Below, one piece after another: positions 48,701 through 60,700 of a stretch of DNA of 64,000 bases. This stretch comes from Macrostomum lignano (Eukaryota): the NCBI GenBank assembly GCA_002269645.1, contig NIVC01000460.1, positions 1-64,000 on the forward strand. The letters are read 5' to 3'. Within the stretch, counting starts at the first letter, position 1. Each line of letters opens with the position of its first letter. Below the pieces are notes generated by a model. The model saw only the letters and a list, made by a program, of their open reading frames with translations. It made no database searches and was not told the DNA's origin. Made by a program: the position numbers and the translations under genes.

Positions 48701-51700
48701 GGGAGAGCCTGGATTGGTGTCAGGGACAGCCTGTATTGGTGTCAGGGAGAGCCTGGATTGGTGTCAGGGAAAGCCTGGATTGGTGTCAGGGACAGCCTGG
48801 ATTGGTGTCAGGGACAGCCTGGATTGGTGTCAGGGACAGCCTGGATTGGTGTCAGGGACAGCCTGGATTGGTGTCATGGAAAGCCTGGATTGGGGTCAGG
48901 GACAGCCTGTATTGGTAACAGGGAGAGCCTGGATTGGTGTCAGGGACAGCCTGGATTGGTGTCATGGAAAGCCTGGATTGGGGTCAGGGACAGCCTGTAT
49001 TGGTGTCAGGGAGAGCCTGGATTGGTGTCAGGGAAAGCCTGGATTGGTGTCAGGGACAGCCTGGATTGGTGTCAGGGACAGCCTGGATTGGTGTCAGGGA
49101 CAGCCTGGATTGGTGTCATGGAAAGCCTGGATTGGGGTCAGGGAGAGCCTGAAGTGGCGTGGGGCTGCGCCAATAAAATTAACAGCAGCAACAATAACTC
49201 ACTGCTAGGGGGAACAAAACGGCGTCCTTGACAACGAATCGCTTAACCCGGAAGCCCGGACTCAGATGGGCAGCCTGGTACACGGCGCCCAGTGCAGCGG
49301 CTTCGTCCGTGTTGATGGACTTGCCCAGCTCGGTTCTGGGAACAATAAAGTATATAAAATACTTAAGGGTTAGAAATTAAGGATGGGTGTATCGAATTCA
49401 TCCATTCTAGAAGGCCAAGCGTTACCTTCCGGTGGCTTTGAGTAGAGCCGACTGCACCTTGGGATTGCGGGTGCCGCCGCCCATGAGCAGCACTTCTTTG
49501 ATCAGGTCCATCGAGATCTGGGCCATATTTAGCGCGCTTTCAATCGGTCTGGTGACCCGTTCGAACAGGTCCGAGCAGATGTTCTCCAGCTCCTCGCGGG
49601 TGACCTTCACTTTGAAGTCTTTGTCCTCGAATACGCTCTCGATCTGGATTGAGGTTCAACCGACGTTTTACCCATTGAACAATTGATGTGGCCGCAGCCT
49701 TCTGCTGCAAGCATAGGGCCGCAGTCACATCTTAGGCACTGCTGTCCGCTGCTAGTATCTGGAATAGGAATTTTCTGCTGCCTCCATGCACTCTAAGCAG
49801 CCTTCCTTGGCGCTCAGAAGTTGCACAATATGGCGCAATCTTCAACATAGGAAATTAGGAAGTTTTGCCTAGCCTAGGGTTAGTTAGTGGAAGCCGCCAA
49901 ATTTGGCGCTTGCCTGTACTGTTGTTGCCTGGCCTGCCGCATACAATCGCTCAGTGTACGCAAGTCTAGTTAGCCGCACTCCTCCCCTTGTGCGCTTGCT
50001 GGACCCTTCCCCTTTTCTGCTCTCTCGTTCCTCCTGCGTCCGAGCCTCTCCCCATGCGTCATTCTATTTTTAGACTGAGGGTTTCGCGGACCCCGTGTCC
50101 CGAGCTGAACCCTCCCTCACGTGCAGCCTTGTGCGCACAAGCCCAAATTTGGCATGCTATTGTCACTAGTGGCTTGAGGCGACTGTCGGCGCTTCGTTCA
50201 AGCTACTTTCTCCCCCATGTTTAATCAATATCTGTTGTGCATCATTATCCGCACTTTTCGGGCTGCAGTTCCATGGTCAAGCCACGGAATGCCCAAACGC
50301 TCCACCCTCCGCGTTCTATATTAACGAATGCAGGCCCGCTTGTCTGAATTTTTCCTCAGAACCGTTTTGACCGCTGGTCAGTCTTGTCGAGAGCCTTCTC
50401 CAAGTCAAGCGCTCTAGCGCCGGTTAACAGCGAAGCAAAGCTCCTGAGCAGGTCTTGGTAGAGCTTTAAGCATCGCTAAGCAGCTGCAAGCTCCTGAGCA
50501 GGTCTTGGTAGAGCATTGCAGCGCTCAAGCAGAAAGCACGCTCCTGAGCAGGTCTTGGTAGAGCATTGCTAGTGCTATAGCTCTGGTTTTCCAGCCTACC
50601 CTATTGGCAGGAAATCAGTTAGCTGAAGCCATTCTGCTAGTGTCTATTCGCGACACAGGCGCGAATAAGAGTGAGAGTGAGTGTGCAGTCGCAGCACTCG
50701 TGCGCGATTCTAAGACTAGCTGTTAGTTTATAGGCCTAGAGTCTATTGCTGCTTCAGGCGCATAGACCTATTCCTCGCCGCCCATCTGCGCGAGACGTAG
50801 CTATTAGGTTAGTAGGAGTTAGGGGTCCTCTGAGAGCTAAACTCAGACACGCTCAAGCGCGGACATTGTCAGTGCCAGGACTGCGCCGCTCAGGCCATTT
50901 GCTACCATTGAGTCCTGTCACTTGGACATTGAAATATCTGAGACTAGTTGTTCTAGCGTTATTTATTTGCGTGGAGCCCAAACAGACCCCTTCATTGCGG
51001 ATCCTACGGTTCCCACGCTGGTGGCAGCACTACCCTTAATTTTAGATTTCCCCAGTCTCAACCCCCACAAGCGTGCTTGCTAAGGTTGCCTCGGCCAATA
51101 GCAGTCCGCCTCACCCTAGCAGCCAGATACCGAGACACAACACTGGTGGCAGCGGTGGGATACCAAGATTTACAGACCCGAGCCAAGGCAATCAGAAGCA
51201 AGGGCACTTTACTGGTGGAGCAGCGGTTGGGATTACGATACCGACTCCAACTCCAGACCAAATAGTTAGGAAATTTAGTAGTGAAGCAGCTGTTGGGAAT
51301 ACCATACCAATAAGCGCTCAAGAGGGAACAGCATCCTATCAGTTAGTAGATAGATTTCCTAGTATATCAGCTATTAGTATTAGATCGCGCGAAGCTCGCT
51401 GCAAGTTAGAAACAGTTGAATTCTCGCCTTATAAAAGTGAGAATGTCATTGAACCGATCCCGTTCGTTAGAGAGTGGTTCAGAGCAAATTCCGAATGAGA
51501 ACAGGGGCGCAGCCGCCGCTGCAGCCGCATCTCCATGCGCTAGCCCTGATGATGGCATATTTGGAGCAGACGCAGACTTCATTAGAGGTCTTGGCGCAGG
51601 CGTGAATGCTAACCTGCTGCAAAACCTGCTCGTAAATATGAACAGGCAGATGAATCTGCAGACTAAAAAGCAGATTAAAATCGCCAAGTACAAGCCATCA

Positions 51701-54700
51701 ATGGACATTCGAATTTGGCTCGAAATGTTTGAGATGAAGTGTGAGAGAGAAGAAGTCTACGACATGAGAGAGAGGAAAGCTTTAATCATGGATAGCCTAG
51801 ATATGGAGACTGCCCTCGCCGCAGTTCTGCATATGAAGCTACCCCATGATCTTCCTTATCACAGCTTTCGGGAGCAGCTCATTGAGCGCTTCGAGAAGCT
51901 TGGCGGACCAAACGCCTATAGGGAAGAGTTTCGCTCTCGATTACAGCGAAAGAATGAGTCAGTTGATGACTATGCTGAAACGCTTCAGGCACTCGGAGAA
52001 CAAGCATACCCGAACCTGAGAGCTGACCAAATTGAGATAGAGCTCGTAGATGCTTTCACCCGCGGTGTACGCGTAAGCCCTGACACCCGCGAGAAGCTTC
52101 TACTGATGCAACCGGCTACGATTATGGAGGCAAAGCGTGCGCTCAAGCGCATAGAGGCTGCGCGAGAGTTCGCCAATCGAACCCGTGACGCGCCCGTCCG
52201 GATGATGCAAGATGACTCACGATCATCAGAGCATTCCATCCCCAAAGGCCTCCAAGAGTTGATGACAAGGCAGACAGCCGCGCTGGAACGCCAGCAGCAG
52301 GCTACGCAGCAGTTGCTTGAGCTTGTAAGCTCGCAAAGCGCGTGTCCGCCAGGACAGCAGCAGCCGAGAGCTGCGCATCACCAGCAGTCCCGCTGGTCGA
52401 GCAACGTCGAGATTCCGAGATATCGTCAGCGTGCAACATGCTACGGCTGTGGCCAGGAACGCCATCTTCTCGGACAATGCCAACGCTACAAAGAGCAGCA
52501 AGCGCTCGGGAAGCGCTATTCGTGCGAACGCTGCGGAGAGTCAGGACATGCTGTCCAAGACTGTCAGGCGCGTGGTATTGATCGACAGTACAAGAAGAAA
52601 GTTTCGGGAAACGGCGCCGCAGGCGGTTGCGACGGCAACAACCCCTGCGTCAACAGCCAAGAGCCCGCAGCCAAGAACACCCGGCGACAGTAAGCTTCGC
52701 TGGAGGAGAGGAGGCACGACGCTCAGATCAACAGGACTTGAGTGAGATCGGTGCCAATTTTGTACAAAATTTATGCGATGCCGACCCATATGTTACGGCA
52801 CATATATCCCGATGCAGTGTCGCCTTCCTGTTAGATACCGGTAGCAGACGGAATCTAATTGGCAGCGATACTTGGTCTGCGATTAAGGCGCAGCACCCAA
52901 ATTGCGTAGTTTCGCCTATTTATTCCGATGCGATCCAAATGTATGATGGATCTGCACTAGCGCTGCTAGGCAAAGTTTTTATTCCGATTGAGTTTGGCGA
53001 CTTTAGCGCTGAAACTGAATTTTACATCGCTAAAGGCGCTCATGAAAATATTTTGGGGATTAACTTTATGAGAGAAAACTGCCTTGAGCTAAATTTTCAG
53101 CAAGGTATGTTGACTTTCAAATCGTTAACCCGTGTGCCAGTGAGATTTACTAGACGCGAAGCTGCAGCCAGTAGGTTGTATACAGCCGACAGGTATACAA
53201 TTCCACCGCGCAGCACACGCGTAGTTGAAGTGAAAGTGGCGAAAGGGCGCCAAGATTTAAATGGCACGCCCCTGATTTTCGAGCCACTGAAATCCGGTAA
53301 TAGAGTAGGCAGCCTTACTTATACTATGGCGCCAGCACTCTTAACCGTGAATGAAGGCCACAGCTATTTAGAAGTAATCAATAATAGTTCGGCTGAAATT
53401 ACGATTAGAAACAATGTACTGCTTGGAGTAGCTAGTCCGCTTAACTGGCAAGACTTAGCTTACTTCGAAGAGCCATCAGAGGCGCGAGTCAGACACTTGC
53501 AGCCGGATGACGCCCAAGCAGGAAAGAAGAGCTGGATAGATCAGATAGAAATTAGTGACCAGCTCTCAGCAGATCAGAAGAGATTAGTTAGAGAACTGCT
53601 GCTCCAAAAGAGCGCAGCTTTCGCCAAAGACGAGCTAGACCATGGGCTCACGCATCTAGTGACTCATGAGATGATCATGACTGATAACACTCCAGTCAGA
53701 ATTCCGCCGCGCAGAGTGCCGCCGCACTTGCAGGAAAAGCTCGATGGCGTAATAGACGAGATGTTGGCAAAGAACATCATCAGGCCAGCATACTCCAGTT
53801 ACAACTCGCCAGTGCTGTTAGTACCTAAAAAGGATGGAACAGTTAGATTAGTGTTAGATTATCGCGAGTTGAATAAGAAATGTTTAAGGCACGTCTATCC
53901 TCTGCCTAACATTCAAGATACCTTTGCTTGCTTAAAGGGCTCGAATTTCTATTCTTGCCTAGACTTAGCGCAAGGTTTCTTTCAAATTCCGCTTAGACAA
54001 GAAGATCAGCATAGAACAGCCTTTTCAATTATTAATCGTGGCCAATTTTGCTTTAATGTGCTACCAATGGGCTTGACTGATTCGCCCGGCTCATTTCAAA
54101 GGACCATTAATTTGCTCCTAGAAGGATTGAAGCCCCACATTGCGCTCGGGTATATGGATGACATTCTAGTTCATTCAGTAACCTTTGAGCAGCATCTTGC
54201 GCACTTAGAAACAGTGCTGCAGCGCGTAATTGACGCGAAACTGAAGCTGAAGGCGAAGAAATGTTCGCTGTTCTCAGCTGAGTTGGCTTACTTAGGACAT
54301 AAGCTAACTCCTGAAGGTGTCAAGACGGATGAGGCGAAGCTCGCCGCTATCCGCGATTGGCCAGTGCCGCGCACAGCCTCGCAGCTGCGCAGTTTTCTAG
54401 GCCTGGCCCAGTACTATAAGAAGTACATTAAGGACTACTCTAGTATAGCATCGCCATTGCACGCTTTAACGCGCAAAACTATCACTAGCCTGTCAAAATT
54501 ATGGACTGATGAGCATCAACAAGCTTTTCAGGCCCTGAAGGACAAATTATGTTCTTCAGAAGTTTTAGCTTATCCTGAATTTACCAGTGATCCTAAGGTG
54601 TCATTCATCTTGGACACAGATGCTAGTGATATAGGAATTGGCGCATGCTTAGGCCAGATTCAGTCTGATGGCGGAGAGCATCCTATTGCTTACTTCAGCC

Positions 54701-57700
54701 GCAAGTTGTCAGCTGCAGAAATGCGCTACACGACAACTAAGAAAGAGTTGTTAGCGATTGTCGATTCTCTCCGACATTTCCGCTACTATCTATTAGGGAA
54801 GAAGTTTAAGATTAGGACAGACCATTCCGCGCTTTGCTGGCTACTTCGCCAAACTGAAGCCACCGGAATTCTAGGTCGTTGGGTGCAGAGGTTGAGTGAG
54901 TTTGATTTCGAGTTGTCCCATAGAGCTGGGAAACTGCACGTCAACGCTGACACGTTGTCCAGGAAGCCGGAGACCCCGGCCCAATGTTCAACTAGCGCCT
55001 TGAATAACCCATGCGAGATTCGAGAGGCAACTGTCTCAGGCCCCCGACTGACCGCATTGCTGGAGGAGAGTGCGCCAGCGAAAGATGCTGCTGTAAAGCG
55101 CATCAAGAGTGCCTGCGAGAAATCAGACTGGGAAAGAAGCGAGGAGGCCACTGTGAATTCAGCCCACCCGCCGGAAATCCCTCAACACTCAGGATGTGAT
55201 GAAGGCGCGTTAAGGCCCGACTGCTCTCCCATGAGCCCGCCTAATGCAACCGATAGTCTAACTAAGACTCCATGGCTCGATTGCTTTCCCATAAGCCTGC
55301 CAGGTGTCGCCAAACCAAGTGCGCAGAACTCGAATTGCTCCCCTCTGAGCCGTTCTGCTGCAATGCCGACTATCTCGAAGGTCAAATCGAAGCGATCACT
55401 GACCCTGATGTCGAGCAATCCTGCTGAGATGGGCACTAAAGCGTCGATACGATGCGGATTCCAATCCCGCCTTCGACATGCCAATCAGCAGTGGATGAAG
55501 AATTCTGCCAGAGCCAGAAAGGCGCCTCAGAATTGGCTGCCAGAAGCTGAGTGCTCTGATGATGATCATGATGCAACAGGTTCGGACTGCACGACAGAAT
55601 CTGAGACCAATCGACAGCCTGATTCGCCCGATGCATTGCCGAAGCCTCAGTTTGATTTCGACTCCCACCAGTCACCGTCGCTGCCAAGATGTCGATTTCT
55701 GCTGTCTGAAGCCCTAGAAGCACCGATTACGAGACAGGAGCTGCTTGAAGCGCAGAAGAGAGACCCTGTACTCGCGAAAATCGCTGAGCTGAAGGCGCAG
55801 AGTGCGCCCAAACCGTCTTTTGACGAGAGACTAAGCATGAGCAAGGAAATGAGAAACCTGCTCGGGTACTATGAGACCCTATGCTTAGATGATGATGGCA
55901 TTCTAATGATAGATTTCGATGATAATCGACCCATTAGATTTGTCTTGCCAAAGGAGTTAGACGCTGCAGTAATGCGCGCACTGCATGACTCCCCGCTAAG
56001 CGGCCATTTGGGCCAGAAAAAGACTCTGCAGAGAGTCCAGCAGTTATTCTGGAGACCCGGAATTCACACTGTGGTCGATCGTTATATCGCCCAGTGCAGA
56101 GCTTGCTTAGAGAGCAAAGCCAGGCGCAAAGTGCACTTGCCGCCTCAGAAATTCCCGGTCGGAGATGTGTTAGACCGCGTACACTTGGAAATCATGGGCC
56201 CAATCAATCAGCCTAGTGCTGCAGGCCATAGATATGTCCTAACCTTGTGTGACGCGACGTCGAAGTATCCGTGGGCCTATGCTCTGAGAAATCAGAAGGC
56301 CAAGACGATTATCAAAGTGATTCAGGAACAGTTCATTCCAATTTACGGTGTGCCAGCCCAGTTCCATTCTGATCAAGGAACTAATTTTACGGGCGCCGCC
56401 TTTAATAATTTTTGCAAATTATATGGGATAAGACACACAGTAACTTGTCCGTATAATCCTGCATCTAATGGACTTGTTGAGAACCTGAATCGGAATATTA
56501 AGTCTGTGCTGACTTGTCTGTTAGAGACCAAGCACAAAGATTGGGCACACTATCTGCCAGCTTGCTTAATAGCGCTGCGCACGGCTGTTCACACAGTGAC
56601 AGGATACAGCCCGCATTTTCTGATGTTTGGCCGCACGTTCAATTTGCCAATTGAAAATGAATTGCGCCACTCACCTGAGTATCAGAATTTGCCAGATTAT
56701 GTGCGCCAATTTGAAGGTAGATTGAGTGAAGCGACCGCCCTAGCAAAAGAGCGAATTCGTGCTCAGCAGGATTTGCGCGAGGATCACTTTGCCGGAAAAC
56801 CGCAAGTGAGTCCGCTGCAGCCAGGACAATTAGTGTTCTTGGCGAATCCAGTGCTAGAGGCAGGTGAAGCGCCGAAATTCCATAGACCGCGGAAGGCCGT
56901 CTATAAGGTGATCGAGCAAAAGGGCGAGCTGGTCTACAAGATCCGTCGCCAAGGCGAGAAGCGCCGTGCTCGAAAAGAGGTGCTTGTAGTGCACCGAAAG
57001 AATCTGCTCCCCGTGCTAACTGCCGACTGTCTCCCACAGGTCGCAGAAGCACAGCACCCGATGCACCGACAGCGTTGTCATCCGGCGCCACAGGCTGCTA
57101 CCGAAGCGCCAGGCTGCCACGCTGAGTTCTGCACCGAGGATTCCGACGAGGACGGAGACGAGAGCATTGTCGACGTAAATTGGGCGCACCCAGCTGCAGC
57201 CGCCGCTGCGCTGAGGTCGACGCGCTCGCCGCTGCAAGCGCGATCGCGAGGCGCCAATGCTGAAGTTGTCGACCAAGGAGCTGAAACGGAGAGAGGAGAT
57301 TTTGCGCCCATGGAGGTTGCGCAGTTGCCGTCACGCAACCCAAGCCCACGCGAATCTCCTATTCCCGCGCTCCCATCCCCCATCGCACCTGAGCAACAAC
57401 TAGGAGAAATTTCGACTATAGATAGGCAGGCAACTAGGACTAGGGACGTCGATCTAGCGACACTAAACCGCCCAGAGCGATTGCGCAGGGAACCTGATAG
57501 GTTACAGGTCAACCCTAGCCGCAAGACATATGCGTCTCGCCTGGCCAGATTAATTAACCGAATATTTCGCCGGAAATAATCGCCCTACAGCGACAATTAT
57601 GTCAGATGAAGAAAATTTTAGGCCGGAGCGACGGGCTGAAAGCTCGCGCCCGATTACCCCCGACGTAGCCCATCAGGCGCGTCTGCCAACAGAAGAGAGC

Positions 57701-60700
57701 GACCCGCAGGGGCGCCCAGCCCGACCTCGGAGGCGTGGAAAGAGAGCCGGACGGTTCCGCGGAGAAGAGGGACGCCAACTGTTCATCCGGCTACGCCGAG
57801 CGGCCGCTGCGGTGGCCTACGCTACGCCTCTTTCCGCGAGGAACGTCCGACCTCCTGGTCCTCGCCCGGAGTCTGGCCGAAATGCGCCGCCACCTTCGCC
57901 GGTGTCACGCGCCACATCGACTGAAGATCTGGCCGCCTGGTCGAGGCAGCGCCAGGCCACGGACCGCCAAATAACTTGTTCACGTGCCCCCTTTTTTCTG
58001 ACATATTATTTTGCATGTACCATCTTTTTTTTAATTAAAAAGTTTTTACTCACCGTTCGTTTTAAATAAACGCTGAAGCCGTCAGCTTCTTCCGGCTCAT
58101 CTTTTAGCTGGAGGAGAGTGATGTGGCCGCAGCCTTCTGCTGCAAGCATAGGGCCGCAGTCACATCTTAGGCACTGCTGTCCGCTGCTAGTATCTGGAAT
58201 AGGAATTTTCTGCTGCCTCCATGCACTCTAAGCAGCCTTCCTTGGCGCTCAGAAGTTGCACAATATGGCGCAATCTTCAACATAGGAAATTAGGAAGTTT
58301 TGCCTAGCCTAGGGTTAGTTAGTGGAAGCCGCCAAATTTGGCGCTTGCCTGTACTGTTGTTGCCTGGCCTGCCGCATACAATCGCTCAGTGTACGCAAGT
58401 CTAGTTAGCCGCACTCCTCCCCTTGTGCGCTTGCTGGACCCTTCCCCTTTTCTGCTCTCTCGTTCCTCCTGCGTCCGAGCCTCTCCCCATGCGTCATTCT
58501 ATTTTTAGACTGAGGGTTTCGCGGACCCCGTGTCCCGAGCTGAACCCTCCCTCACGTGCAGCCTTGTGCGCACAAGCCCAAATTTGGCATGCTATTGTCA
58601 CTAGTGGCTTGAGGCGACTGTCGGCGCTTCGTTCAAGCTACTTTCTCCCCCATGTTTAATCAATATCTGTTGTGCATCATTATCCGCACTTTTCGGGCTG
58701 CAGTTCCATGGTCAAGCCACGGAATGCCCAAACGCTCCACCCTCCGCGTTCTATATTAACGAATGCAGGCCCGCTTGTCTGAATTTTTCCTCAGAACCGT
58801 TTTGACCGCTGGTCAGTCTTGTCGAGAGCCTTCTCCAAGTCAAGCGCTCTAGCGCCGGTTAACAGCGAAGCAAAGCTCCTGAGCAGGTCTTGGTAGAGCT
58901 TTAAGCATCGCTAAGCAGCTGCAAGCTCCTGAGCAGGTCTTGGTAGAGCATTGCAGCGCTCAAGCAGAAAGCACGCTCCTGAGCAGGTCTTGGTAGAGCA
59001 TTGCTAGTGCTATAGCTCTGGTTTTCCAGCCTACCCTATTGGCAGGAAATCAGTTAGCTGAAGCCATTCTGCTAGTGTCTATTCGCGACACAGGCGCGAA
59101 TAAGAGTGAGAGTGAGTGTGCAGTCGCAGCACTCGTGCGCGATTCTAAGACTAGCTGTTAGTTTATAGGCCTAGAGTCTATTGCTGCTTCAGGCGCATAG
59201 ACCTATTCCTCGCCGCCCATCTGCGCGAGACGTAGCTATTAGGTTAGTAGGAGTTAGGGGTCCTCTGAGAGCTAAACTCAGACACGCTCAAGCGCGGACA
59301 TTGTCAGTGCCAGGACTGCGCCGCTCAGGCCATTTGCTACCATTGAGTCCTGTCACTTGGACATTGAAATATCTGAGACTAGTTGTTCTAGCGTTATTTA
59401 TTTGCGTGGAGCCCAAACAGACCCCTTCATTGCGGATCCTACGGTTCCCACGCTGGTGGCAGCACTACCCTTAATTTTAGATTTCCCCAGTCTCAACCCC
59501 CACAAGCGTGCTTGCTAAGGTTGCCTCGGCCAATAGCAGTCCGCCTCACCCTAGCAGCCAGATACCGAGACACAACACTGGTGGCAGCGGTGGGATACCA
59601 AGATTTACAGACCCGAGCCAAGGCAATCAGAAGCAAGGGCACTTTACAATCATCCCATTGAAGATTGAGCAATTAGGGACAGATTAGGGATAATTATCCC
59701 ATTGAAGATTGAGGAATTAGGGAGAGATTAGGGATAATTATCCCATTGAAGATTGAGCAATTAGGGAGAGATTAGGAATAATTATCCCATTGAAGATTAA
59801 GGAATTAGGGACAGATTAGGGATAATCATCCCATTGAAGATTGAAGAATTAAGGAGAGATTAGGGATAATAATCCCATTGAAGATTGAAGAATTAGGATG
59901 AGATCCCATTAAAGGATTATGACCTTAAAGAGAAATTTGGGGAAATTATCCCACTAAGGATTATGAGTTCACAAAGGCCATTTAAGATGCAAAAAAGACA
60001 GGCTTAAAAAAGATACATATGGGAAAATTATCCCAATATGCACTTTCAAAATCGCAGACTGTCTCACCTGAGCATAGACCTCCTTATTAGCGCTGAGCAC
60101 CCTGTAGACTCTGCCAGCCTCCTTAAACAGTTTAGCCATAGCCCTCGCATTGCCTGTGATGTCTTTCTTAGACAACTTCTTAGCGTTGAACTCCTTCGCC
60201 AGGTGGTCGCGCAGCCGAAGAATGAAAGCGCTGGCGCCAAGTGTCTCGTCGTAGCCAACACCGAGTACCTGCAGCTGAGGATGCTCTTCAGCCATGCCGT
60301 GCTCGCGGATTCGAGCCACTTGATAGGCTGCCATGGGGTTCGCAAGGGGGGAGGGGAGATTATAGCTTGTTGGCTACTTATGTTCAGTAGCTAGGAGGAG
60401 TGCGTAAGCTATTTTATGAATACTAACAAATTCACTTTCTGCTGACAACAGGAACAAACAGACTATACCAAAAAACAACACTTACAGACAACGGTGGCAA
60501 TAGTTGATGAAGATCCCATATCGTAGAACATGTAGTACTGCGCGGTCTTGTTGAAACTTTTCGATCGAAAGATGCCGAAGTTCAAAGCCACTGTTTACAA
60601 GTTTAGATATAAGAAAGAATAATATATAGTACTAATATTCTTTGATTGCTACTCACAGTAGACTAATCAGGACGAGAAATGATATTTACCCGCAGCATTG

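Larger units (their letters stand above)
49684..59646 (+). mobile_element. Ty3/gypsy LTR retrotransposon (element 2, 9963 bp), antisense in HYOU1 intron 8
   Basis: 1528-bp LTRs (offset 8435), 4-bp TSD CAAT (49680-49683, 59647-59650), PPT GGAGGAGAG before 58119, gag and pol intact. Confidence 0.97.

Noticed and set aside
42726-49231. Repeat-rich plus ORFs in HYOU1 introns (DRSDKGH, MGSSGMG, WCQGEPG)
   Set aside because: Products of 21-22 bp minisatellites on the non-coding strand.
50440-50564. CRISPR-like repeat-spacer pattern (25-bp repeat, 25-bp spacers)
   Set aside because: Only three units, inside a eukaryotic LTR, spacers share similarity, no cas genes.
51073-51498. 141-aa ORF spanning LTR2 end and leader
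   Set aside because: No ATG, no motif; overlaps PBS region.
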